Positions 1-64,000 of a DNA stretch of 64,000 bases are shown here, in pieces. Source of the stretch: Tubiluchus corallicola (lineage: Eukaryota; Animalia; Priapulida); NCBI GenBank assembly GCA_030141605.1, contig JAQGDQ010000412.1, forward strand, positions 62,001 through 126,000, read 5' to 3'. How positions within the stretch are numbered: the first letter of the stretch is position 1; every line of letters begins with the position of its first letter. Both the position numbers and the translations under genes were made by a program. The notes under the pieces are model-generated. The model saw only the letters and a program-made list of their open reading frames with translations, was not told the DNA's origin and ran no database searches.

Positions 1-408
1 CATTTATGACTTTCCAGACGGTAAGCGGACACGTTACCACTAGAGCTCAAACCGTTCACATTTACGACTTCCCCGACCGTAAGCGGACACGTTACCACTA
101 GAGCTCAAACCGTTCACATTTACGACTTCCCAGACGGTAAGCGGACACGTTACCACTAGAGCTCAAACCGTTCACATTTATGACTTTCCAGACGGTAAGC
201 GGACACGTTACCACTAGAGCTCAAACCGTTCACATTTACGACTTCCCCGACCGTAAGCGGACACGTTACCACTAGAGCTCAAACCGTTCACATTTACGAC
301 TTCCCCGACCGTAAGCGGACACGTTACCACTAGAGCTCAAACCGTTCACATTTACGACTTTCCAGACGGTAAGCGGACACGTGACCACTAGAGCTCAAAC
401 CGTTCACA
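1..408. repeat. 58-bp tandem minisatellite, ~7 copies, truncated by window start
   Basis: Unit CATTTACGACTTYCCMGACSGTAAGCGGACACGTTACCACTAGAGCTCAAACCGTTCA recurs at 1, 59, 117, 175, 233, 291, 349 with few substitutions. Confidence 0.95.
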
Positions 409-2410
409 CTTGTGAGTTACTCTGAAAACTTCACTACACGTCAGTAGTGCCTGCCTGAATTTATTTAATCCTGTGAAACCAAGTCAAGTTAAAATAGAAA
501 GCGTTTTGTCTTAGCTTGGTTGAATCATAAATTTTACTATAATGGAGAAAAGAAAAAAAAGAATTCTTTTTCATTTAATTAAAGTATTGTGCACTTAAAC
601 AATTGCACGTGCATTTTGTTATTAATTAAGCCAAATTTAAAAGTTAACGTACTTTAAAATTTAGCGCCCAAGTTTGCTTAGTGTTAAAGTCGGTCATGTT
701 GTTCATTTGTGACGGGAACACAAAAGAATTTCCTTCATAGCACATGGAGTTCTCAGAAATCTTTATTTCTGTATATAAAAAAAATGAAAATAATAAATTT
801 GACTGCTTTTCACTGCTTACAAATGTATAAGGATCTAATTATTATAATTTAAGACAATAAAAGTAAATATTACTCACATCATGCGGCTATAACAACTCAC
901 CTGACAGGTAAGTTGAGGTAACTGCCTGCTAGCCCCAAGAGGTGGCAGCACTATCCAGTACACTAACCTTAACTGCAACCCTAGCCAAAATTAATTGTGA
1001 CCTTTTTCCAAGCCACAATTGTGGCTTTTTTCGTAACTTTTTTATTGAGACTTTATTACAGGTAACCGATCCATTTTAAAAACGGGTATGATGCATTTGA
1101 GGATCGTAGAAAATTGGTAAAGTGAAAATTCTGCCTTCATGGCTTTCTGTTGTGAATGCACTGTAGTCCGTACTGTCTGCATGCAAAATGCAGCCTGCTA
1201 TGATGAAAGGCTTGATATTTGGGCTTTCAAAAATCTAATTCAAAGCTCGATTAAATTTTGCTCTTTCTTTGCTCTTTATTTGCCAAAACATATCGTTCCA
1301 TCTAAACATAAGAAATTAGTGCCAAAGAATAACAAATAAACAAATAACAAAAAATAATAATAGCCAAAAGTCAATTTTACATAATTAAGAGTTCTACACT
1401 GTACTGTCGTATTACTAGCTGTTATCTTAAAGTAAGTTTAAATTTTATAAAGTAATTAGAGTATATACATACGTTATTAGCTTAGCCCCAAATCATAAGC
1501 AATTGTAACAGATAACGACAATATCTTATCAACTTATGACAAGTCTTCACTTCACTGTAGGCCTCTGACCCAGACCAAATTGATCACGTGATTAGGCCAA
1601 AAATCTCCACAAGGCGGCCAAAGCCGACAACAAGCGAAAGCTGCTAGTCCAAGATTTCCAGTACACTTGTGTTACACAAAAATCATTGTAAAACAATACA
1701 CTACGCGGCTACCTGAACGACATTCTTGCTGCAGAATGGATAATACGAATTCGAATTTTAATTTTTTTATATAAAAAATGGCGTAGGATATGAAAAATTA
1801 TCATGTTTAATTTTAACGAATTGCATTACCGAGTACTTCTGAATGAAAAATCCTGACGAAACATTTGAATTCTTAATAGAATTTATGCTGAGAGAATAAA
1901 TGCCCAATTTCATTAATTGCAATTGTAAAAAACTTGTGCTTTCAAACTCCGATAGCAGTCATTTTGTTTCGGCTTTTTCTGTTACCAAAAGCTAAGATCT
2001 TTGTCTGGAAGAGCCATCTACTGGATTTAAACATAACTTCAATGTGCTCTTGCAAAGTCCATAGCAATCATTAACTTCAACGCGGATTAACTCGGCTTAG
2101 AAATAACATAGAGCAACGAGCTTGGTATCAAAATGATCCTCATGAAATCCTCATCCCAATTTCGTTAATTGGTTAATGTGACGTAAAAGCCATAAAGAAA
2201 TTCTTGAGCATTTTAATCTCTGTCGAACGTGTGTTCGTAAGCCTATTCGCGCAAAAATAAGTTTTATTGGTATTAATTTACCTGATTTATGATAAATAGG
2301 TCAAGGCAAGAGTTAACAGTTTACTCTGTAGACGAACTCTAGCCTTCGCTCGACTGCATAACTTTGTACCGGAACACGTACCTAAGCAATTAAAACCCAA
2401 ATTTTCAAAC

Positions 2411-12067
<9,657 letters not shown>

Positions 12068-12920
12068 ATGGAATTTAGCTGTTATATTAGTTTAATTATC
12101 ACTGGTATGCACAATTGTTAAAGTCAAATTTAGGAACCTGTTGTAAAGGTGCAATCAAGTTTATCCTGTTTAAAGATTTTGCATAATAATATCAATAGAG
12201 AGTGATAATAAATTACCTGGTGGCTGAGAAAAGATGTGTCGAAGTTTTGATTTAGATTTCTCATAAAAAGTAATGTACATTCAGTGATATGTAATAATAA
12301 TTACAAAATGACATGCAAGAAAAAACTAATTACTTTCGATAAAATGTGCTGAAAGAAAATCTTGTAAGCACAACATTAAAGTACAATGGAGTACATTAGG
12401 GAACAATAATATTAGAAGCAAGAGCCCAGTAAAGTTGAAGTTTCACAGGCTGGTATTAAGAGACATTAGAGACATAAGAGACAGGAACGTGTGGCTACAA
12501 ACTTACAATAACAGGGACGTCTCATGATACCAAACAATAATAACAAAATGGTATGGCAAAAAAACTAATTGTTTACAATAAAATTTTGTAAGTACAACAT
12601 TGATAGTGAAAAAGCAATAGGCAAAACAAGGCAGGGTTTGAAATTAGGGTGCCTATAGAAAAGAATGCAATTAGAGGTGCAGGTTTGTCAAAGGATGTTA
12701 AGTAACATAATATGTACATTATATACAACAAACCTCGTGAGGGTAAATACATTGCATTATTGATACGTACGTAATACTTTATACATTACACAACTGTTGA
12801 TCAACATAATAGACGACAATGCGGAACACACGACAGTTGACAAAGATATACATTATATACATATATTACATATATATATATATATATATATATATCAGAA
12901 GAACAGAACAACAGTTCAGG

Positions 12921-14337
12921 ATGTTTCAGTGTTTTGAAAGCAGAAACTGTCCACAGATTATCAGTGTTTCTGCCACAAAAGTAGTGTTTGCGGTAGTACT
13001 AGTATTCTCTTGTATCGTTTTTGTTATCCGTGAATCGTGTCCCTCAAGAACCAATTATATTTGTGAATGTTGTAACTGTATATTTTTAGGTGCTGCCATC
13101 TATTGATTAATCACTTTACATTTTCTAGTTAAACTCACCCCTAGTACAATTGTTCGGTCCAGTGAATATGCATACTCACTGGATCTCCCCCTATTTTACT
13201 GTAATGGTATTTGCAAGCCAAGTTTGCATAATTACTTCTACCTATATATACTGACTGGATTCTACTTCTAGTCACTCTCTGTCACGCTCTCAGTGCAGTG
13301 CAGTCGTGCTACTTATGTCTCTCTGTCTCACTCTCAATTCAGTGCAGAAGTCATGCCAGTCGTGATACTCAAGTCATGTTACTGTCTAACTCTCAGTGAT
13401 CAGTGCAGGACACTCTGGTCCTCAGTGTGTAGTGTAGCAGTCATTTTACCTATGTCTATGTAGTATAATAAACGTTTTCAGTTTTTGTGCAATATAGTGT
13501 TCATTCTTTTTCTACCAAGTGTTCAACTACAACCACATACATGACTTTCACAATATTCACTAAAAAAGTTTCACTTCATCTACGGCTTCTGAGCACTCTA
13601 CTCTGGATATTGAGAGAAGGTATGTTGAGTACAAATTTAGTAAGAGAAAGAGATGCAAACCTGGCACTAAGAGGCGATTACCTCAGTGCATTATAATCGG
13701 ATTTGGAAAATGTGGGACCCTTGCCTTGCAGACAATGTTAGTATAGCTGTCCGAGACTGGAGACCAACAAATTACCATAGAAAAAAATCCAAATTATGTG
13801 TTTACTTCAGGAGTGCTAGAAAAGATAAGGAAAGATCTCCCTGATGCTAAACTCCTTGTTATAGTTCGAGAGCCGTTTCAAAGGACTGTGTCGCTTTACC
13901 TAGAAATTGGAAAACGGAAACACCAAACATTTGCAGAGTTTATAACTTCTAATGGAGAGTTAAAACACGTAGATGAAGAAAAGTATGTGACTTATATTGA
14001 AAAGTGGTTGAAAGTTTTTCCTAGAGAGCAACTTCACATTGTCTCTGGTGACGAATTAGTCCAAAATCCAATAAGCGAACTGAGAAGAGTTGAAACTTTT
14101 CTTAACCTGGCTCATCTTATACCTGAAAAGGCGTTTGTCTACAGAAAAGATAAAGGATTTTATTGTTTTCATGAAAGAACCAACGAAACATTTAGTAAAG
14201 AAGTCATTTGTTTGGGAAATGGTAATGGTAGAAAACATCCAGAAGTATCGCAGCAACTGGAGAAACGTTTAAAACAAATCTTTAAGCCGTATAATGAACA
14301 GCTGTACAAAATAGCAAACCGATCATTTCATTGTTAA
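12921..14337 (+). pseudogene. Heparan sulfate 3-O-sulfotransferase-like (HS3ST family) pseudogene, intronless
   Basis: ATG 12921, TM anchor KVVFAVVLVFSCIVFVI, then (after removing the solo LTR) in-frame KRRLPQCIIIGFGKCGT, EKNPNY, KLLVIVREPFQRTVSLY, WLKVFPREQLHIVSGDELVQNP, KGFYC, CLGNGNGRKHP. In-frame stops are TAA 13561 and TAG 13744, and the HP..E.HFFD..WY segment is missing. Confidence 0.88.
13062..13552 (+). mobile_element. Solo LTR (491 bp), TG...CA, 5-bp TSD ATATT
   Basis: Termini TGTGAATGT...ACTTTCACA (short inverted repeat); ATATT at 13057-13061 and 13553-13557; internal TATA-like TATATATA (~13243) and AATAAA (~13467); a second copy lies at 18499-19001. Confidence 0.88.
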
Positions 14338-14915
14338 ATAAAATTTGTTTAAACTAATTTCTAGCTCAAGATCTATCAAGATCTGGGAACCTCTGAAAAA
14401 TTCTGGAAGCTCTGAAGTACTCGACACACCTATTTTTTCATACAGCCTACACACAGTTTAAATAATGGTACAGTAACATCATAGTGCTCTGCATACTGTG
14501 TTTGTCACTATAAATTTGCTGTTCCTTTGCAGGTTTGAAAAATAAAAACCGATTTTTATAAGTTTTTTGCTATAAATAGATAAATGCTATAGTAAGAAAC
14601 GTTTTTATTAATGGATAAATCATTACTCAGCAATAACCGTTCTGTTCTGTGTTCACAATGCTCTGCTTGCTGAGACCACTGGCTGTTAATTGCGGCTTCC
14701 TAACGTTACGTCACAGCACTGGGTGTCATGGCGGGCGATAATATTTGTGACATTACCAACGGCGCTTAATTTAAGTTGCCACATCGCATAAAAGCATGCA
14801 ACAAAACTGCTTTAAAAATTAAGAAATATGGAATTCTGCCTAAGTTTCAAAAGAAAATAAAAAATAGTGTCATAGGATCTTTAATTATGGATTTCAAAAA
14901 ACGGGGGACTTACGC

Positions 14916-15163
14916 CAGGGCCGGCCTTAGGTAATTGGAGGCCCTAGGCGAAGTGAATTTGGTGGCCCCAAGTGAAATAGAAAAATAAAAAATAAATACG
15001 AAAAAAAATAAAATTATGCAGAAAATTCTCAAAAAAGGCGTGTGGCGAGAGAGGGGGGGGAGAGGAGGTAGTATTGTTCGCATAAAGCAAAAAAAGGTTA
15101 CCTCGGCGTGAAGCCCCCCTGGAGGGTGAGGCCCTAGGCGGTTGCCTAGTTTGCCTATGCTTA
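14916..15163. mobile_element. hAT-like MITE remnant
   Basis: Starts CAGGGCCGGCCTTAGG and has repeated GGCCCTAGGCG subterminal motifs; the right TIR and TSD are not clear. Confidence 0.5.
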
Positions 15164-15876
15164 ACATGTTAAACTGCATCCTCTATACAGCTGTCTGAAT
15201 TCTGAAACTGGAGTCACTTCACTTTTCATAATGACAGAAAGTACAGAGATCTTATACTATGCTTTGCAGTAACAAAATTACCACAAAAACCCCAAAAATA
15301 TTTCATATAAATAACGCGTAGGAACAGATAATGTTTTGTAAAACTGGACAACGACAGGCCGTGGTCCACTACGCAAATAGAAATTCGAACAGATTCATAT
15401 GGAAAGCACGAATGCTTGTATGATACAAAAAGTAAACAGAGGTTGGCCGCAACAAAGCACTGGCAGATATTTCTGGAAGAGACCATTGGAAGAGTTCAGG
15501 TAAATTCATTTTAATTGGTGTAGATCTATTTATTGATGCCGTATTATTTTTATTTACCCCCTCCCCCCTTGTTAGTGACCTAAACGAATGTCTGTTTGTC
15601 CGTTTGTATTTTTAGAAACTGGCTTTTTGATGTATTTAATAACTTTGCAGTCATAAGTGTTTTAGTCATAAGAAATATACAAGTATAAACAACGATAAGA
15701 TCAAAAATTTCAAACCCAAGACAGCCACATATAATAACGTACTAAATTTATTGAAATTTTCAGATGTTTCTTGTATATACAACACGCATTAACTGCAGTA
15801 TATGAGCTGCCTTGGATTTGATATCAACTGTGTAGTGCATGAAATATAATTGTGGAAAATGTTGAAACTTCGCAAC

Positions 15877-16285
15877 CAGGGGCGGAACTAGGGGGGGGGG
15901 GCGCCCCTGTCAAAATTTGCGCCCTCCCTGCAAAATCGGACAAATATTTTTTTGCAGTGAAAATTGCAGTTCGCATGTAATCATTTTCAATATGAATTAG
16001 AATTAGGTAAAAAAATGTTTGGTAGCTTCAGTGTATTATTTTCTTAAAACTTGTGTGTGATAAATTTCTGTAAATAACAATTTAGTTAGAGGCACATTAA
16101 TAACGTTAGGTTAACTGACAGTTAATTTTCTCATCATTGCTCTGTCCGCTAATTATAGGCCTGCATGCAGTATAAAAGGGGTTAAAAATTGGCTTAACCA
16201 TTATTTAACCACTTCGGATACCTCGCCCCCCCCAAGAAAATTTTGGCGCCCCCCCCCCTGCTTGCCACATCTAATTGCGGCCCTG
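15877..16285. mobile_element. hAT-superfamily MITE with 8-bp TSD TTCGCAAC
   Basis: TIRs CAGGGGCGGAACTAG / CTAATTGCGGCCCTG; TTCGCAAC at 15869-15876 and 16286-16293. Confidence 0.88.
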
Positions 16286-16799
16286 TTCGCAACAAAGTAA
16301 ACATGCTAATTTTTTCTATGTGTTTCTGCTAGTGTTTTCGCTTCTGATGCTTTGATGATTAATAAATGTATTGCATGTATAGTTGTCGTACTGATTTACA
16401 TGGAAAATTTTGAGCAAACTGCATTAGTTATTTAATACACTGAATGTTATTGACTATTTGCGATACTTTACAAATTATATTTTGCTAATTTATGTGAAAG
16501 AGTGAAACTGTAAAATCACGTTCCGGCCACACGAAGGGAACACTATCCTCACCGTTGTGCTGCGTAAAGGAAAACGGCACGGTTTTTCAGACTACGGTAA
16601 TTTTGAATTAAGTTCTAAAATTGAAGACTTCTATTTTACTACCAATACTAGCTAAAATTCTTATGTTTGAACATTGCCTTATCATGAAACACTACTAAAT
16701 TTCTGAATGCTTCTGGCTTTTTCGGCTATTACAAATTACATTGTTTCAATAATTGCATAACTTCAGTGTTGAGTTACTTATTTGTAGAACACTTTTAGA

Positions 16800-17270
16800 T
16801 TCATTTGTACAACATTTTAACATTTTAATCGTTAATTCCAGAACAAGAAATCTAAAACAAATTAGGACAAATACCCACTATGGAACGAGCTCTGTATTAA
16901 AACAAGCAATTTTACTTTGGAATTCTCTACCATTACAGGTTAAACAAATCAAGTCCCTATCAGCATTTAAAACAAAATTAAAATCACTTATATTAACCAG
17001 ATATGAAATACCATCACACCAGTACGACAACATACACACTAATTCAGAATTCATATACCCACGGCCATATTAATTAAATCATAATTTGTTTTTTTGTGCA
17101 TAGTTGTAAATATGTTTGATTTTATTCGTCATTACTGCACAGTAGTTTAGATTGCACTGACGCATTTGCCTTCAGCAGTGTAAGTTTTTATTAACTAACA
17201 CTGATTGATTATCTCTGTAAAGTTTTTATCAGTGATTATCAATGTTTTAATGGCAAATAAAGATTATTAT
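16800..17270 (+). mobile_element. 3' end of a CR1/L2-type LINE
   Basis: LWNSLPLQVKQIKSLSAFKTKLKS is the typical C-terminal WNxLP..FK..LK motif; the 3' UTR ends in AATAAA followed by a simple repeat. Confidence 0.75.
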
Positions 17271-18498
17271 ATATATATATATATATATAAGAAGATAAGA
17301 AACAGTGACTGTGCGCCACAGGCGCTAAATACAAGTCCAACAGTCTTTTAGATGTAATTTATGATTTTTTATTGTCCAAAATGGTCAATCATCGTCTCAT
17401 CCCAAAATCACTATCACATCATGACATATTTGACTGACTGACTGACTGACATATTACGTGCGACTCGACTTCGTTTTATATCTTTGCCTCATCTTACTAA
17501 CTTGCTAAAGGGAACTCGACTGACAAAATTTTGTGATAAAACGACACGACGTACTGAACAAGAATGACTTCTTTCCTATCCTGTCTGCAAAATGAGGCCA
17601 ATGGCCTATTTCCTGTCCTAGCTCACCTGTCTATCAACAGCCTAAATTTGCAAAAAAAAACAAACACAAGGAGGTACCACGTGCTTATATCCACAACAGT
17701 GGCACACATCACAATTTCTGCATAAATCTGATGACAGCCCTTATGTTTTATTTTTGTTAATTTGTGTTTACTGGCAATAAAAATGAAGTAATGTCGCAAA
17801 TGCATCTCCGTTTATTCACCATGTTTTGTGTAACCAATTCCAACTCATAACAAAGTGGGGGCTCGAAGCCGGAATGAATCAACCGACGAGTTGCAATGAA
17901 TTTCGTCTGGACGCTTTTCGTTTTAATTACTGTGCAAGATTACGATGAATTTCTTCTTCTGTTGATGCTAAAGCTTTAATTGCACTGTTAACAAAGCTGA
18001 CAATGGACAAACTGTAAGTTACGGCTCATTTTTCTACACAGTAACTGTTTGACGTCGTCTGATTTATCATCATATGAAGTATGAACTGTCTCTGTCTGTT
18101 CGTCTGTCAGTGTCTGGAAAATTCCGAATTATTGAGAAATGCTGCTAACATGCGGAAGTATACAAACTTCATACTAATATGAAGCATCTCTAAAGTACAT
18201 GAGAAATGTGTAGAGGTCACGAAATTCTGTTGCTACAAGTGAACCGAGAATAATGTTTCGACAAACGTTATACTCGAATTCAGGACTATGCTCTTGTGAA
18301 TTTCTGGGTAAAACGAGACTAATTATAATGACAAGAATATTTTTGGCATAATATCTAAAGAAGCTCATTTAGTGTTGACAAGGTCAATTTGCTTTTCAAA
18401 AGAAATATTGATTAAAACACCCAAAAATTGCTAGTAATCAGTATTTTGCCACATTGACAGCAAGCAGATGCATATAGACAGCAAGCAGATAGCAATAA

Positions 18499-19001
18499 TG
18501 CGAACACTATATTACATATCTGCACAAAAACTGAAACCGTTTATTATACTAAATACAGAAATACACAAGTAAAATGAAGATCACGACTGCTGCACTGCAC
18601 TGCACTGCACTGCACTGAGAGTGTGAGTTAGACAGTGTGTAGCACGACTGCACTGCACTGACAGAGAGTCACATAAGTAGATCGACTGCACGTCACTGAG
18701 AGTGTGAGTTAGACAGTGTGTAACACGACTGCACTGCACTGACAGAGAGTCACATAAGTAGATCGACTGCACGTGACAGAAAGACAGTGGCTAGAAGTGA
18801 AATCTTGCCAGTATATATAGGTAGAGAACTATGCAAAAGCTTGGCTTCACATATCCCATTACAGTAAAATAGGGGAGATCCAGTGAGTTTGCATATTCAC
18901 TGGACCGAGCAATTGTACTAAGGGTGAGTTTAACTAGTAAAATGTTAAAGTGACTAATCAATAGATGGCAGCACCTGAAATATACAGTTACAACTTTCAC
19001 A
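18499..19001 (-). mobile_element. Solo LTR, second copy (inverted), 5-bp TSD AATAA
   Basis: Reverse-complement match to 13062-13552; AATAA at 18494-18498 and 19002-19006; short deletion near its 3' end and an internal ~68-bp tandem duplication. Confidence 0.82.
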
Positions 19002-20527
19002 AATAATTTTTCTTTATTAAGCTCTGACGTGAACGCAAGAAAAAGCTTCGCTCAACTTGGCGAGCAACTAGCAACACGTAGTATATATTTATTGATATCA
19101 GACTATTTCATAACTGGTGAATAAGTCATTTTAAATCCCCCCCCCCCCCGTGGGGGATCTCGATCGTAACAAAAATAGAAATTTCCAGTAATGTGACAAA
19201 CACAGTGCCTGCTGACATCTATTTGCAAAATGTGGAAGCGTTTCCATCACACCATGTAGTCATTATGAATCCCAAAATATACAACCCATGTATTGATAAT
19301 CATGTGTGTTGATGAACACTTCCTAATTACTTCATATAATTTTTAACATTTTCTGCTAGTGTGTGAAATTAACTTAAATAAAATAAAATATTTGGCTTTG
19401 CAAACACTGTTATTGCATTGAATTCTATTTAAAAAGCTTTTTAGACCTATTACTGTTATATCCATACTCAATGACTGTGTTCTCACTTTTCTGTCTTAGC
19501 TCGTACTCAGCGGCGGAGTTAAGCATGGTGGACCTGGTTAATAAATGGAGAAGTAACCATCTATACTCATCAACATTCTCAACTCATATTAAACCCGAGC
19601 AAAACATTTAGTAAAAATAGCAGCGATTGCATGCGTTACGCCAGGCTGATTCAACACAATCAAAAACTCAGAAAGTTAATGTGTCTCTTTCTTGATTTTT
19701 TTGTGCTAATAATATCGGTTTTGACATTTCTTTAAATTCAATTTCAATTTATTATCCCCTTTGAACACTATAATAGAATACCGTTAATAATAGGAATCAA
19801 TAGGTAATCGGTGAAGAACTGCTGTACTAGATAGTTACAAAACCAGAGAAACGATAACGAAAAAGACTAATTGTCGATTAAACTGCTATTTTTGCCCTGT
19901 ATGTTTTCTGAGACCCAGACTTTTGTAGAACTACTTATCTCTGAAATAATCCGAATTATTACTTTAATTTAGAAATTTGTTATTATTAACGTTTTGTAAA
20001 GGTAGCTAACAGTTTTGTAAAGGTAGGTATTGTGTGAAAAATTTGCAACAAGTAATGGACGCCAGCCATATTCAAATTATAACAGTAAAATTACTTTTTT
20101 CCAATAGAATTTTCAACGAATTTGACAAGCAGGTGAAGCTGTAAGGACGCTTGAGTCACATTTGTAACAAATACCTAATATTTTACTTTTGCAATTTATG
20201 TTCTGAAAGCCACTCTTTCACTTGCGCACAGAATCTGAATTGGTTGCCGTTGTTAACCGTAGAAAACTAATACTCTGTGTAGCAACTGACTGGTTGTATC
20301 ATTGCTATGCCCATTTCTTAGCTCAAGCTCCGCGTATTATAATAACATTGCTTAAATTATCTATGACGTGAAATGAAAACCATAGCTCGATGTGTAAATG
20401 CCCTGTATGCCCTCTGAATTCATTGTCTTTTTGGGTTTAATATCTTCTAGGAAATTTTGAAAGCGCATTTTGTAGTTGAAGTCACTCGAAAACAGACTGA
20501 TTTCGCTGCAATCATTGTGATTAAATT

Positions 20528-63847
<43,320 letters not shown>

Positions 63848-64000
63848 GTAAAAAATAAATGCTTTAAGTTGGCAGTATCTATTAAAACCTGTATACAATT
63901 CTGGTACCTACATGGTTGGATGACGTAACGTATGTTTAAGAGAAGTTTTTAAGAAGCTTATTATTGAAATATGTGCAGATATGGACAAAAAATAAGCCCA

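Noticed and set aside
1-408. CRISPR-like array
   Set aside because: Whole 58-bp units repeat with no unique spacers, the context is eukaryotic, and there are no cas genes.

Overview
AT-rich, intron-containing animal (probably invertebrate) genomic DNA with no prokaryotic features. On the + strand it carries three things. (1) An intact 6-exon cytosolic sulfotransferase (SULT1-like, 309 aa, 2411-12067). (2) An intronless heparan-sulfate 3-O-sulfotransferase-like pseudogene (12921-14337), broken by a solo LTR with a 5-bp TSD, two stops and an internal deletion. (3) A very large secreted or membrane protein gene that starts at 20528 and runs off the window end: signal peptide, six C-type lectin-like domains (a duplicated three-domain module), then at least 41 copies of a one-exon, phase 1-1 calcium-binding EGF unit in ~616-bp and ~1212-bp tandem arrays. 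The most unusual signals are in this third gene. Six of the eight EGF exons of one subtype end in a GA rather than GT donor and carry that subtype's damaging substitutions, and one duplicated lectin exon is far more diverged than its flanking introns. Introns and intergenic DNA hold solo LTRs, hAT/piggyBac/Kolobok-type MITEs with recognisable TSDs, LINE remnants and long microsatellites. All exon structures were assembled by eye from GT-AG signals and reading-frame phase, without transcript or database support.
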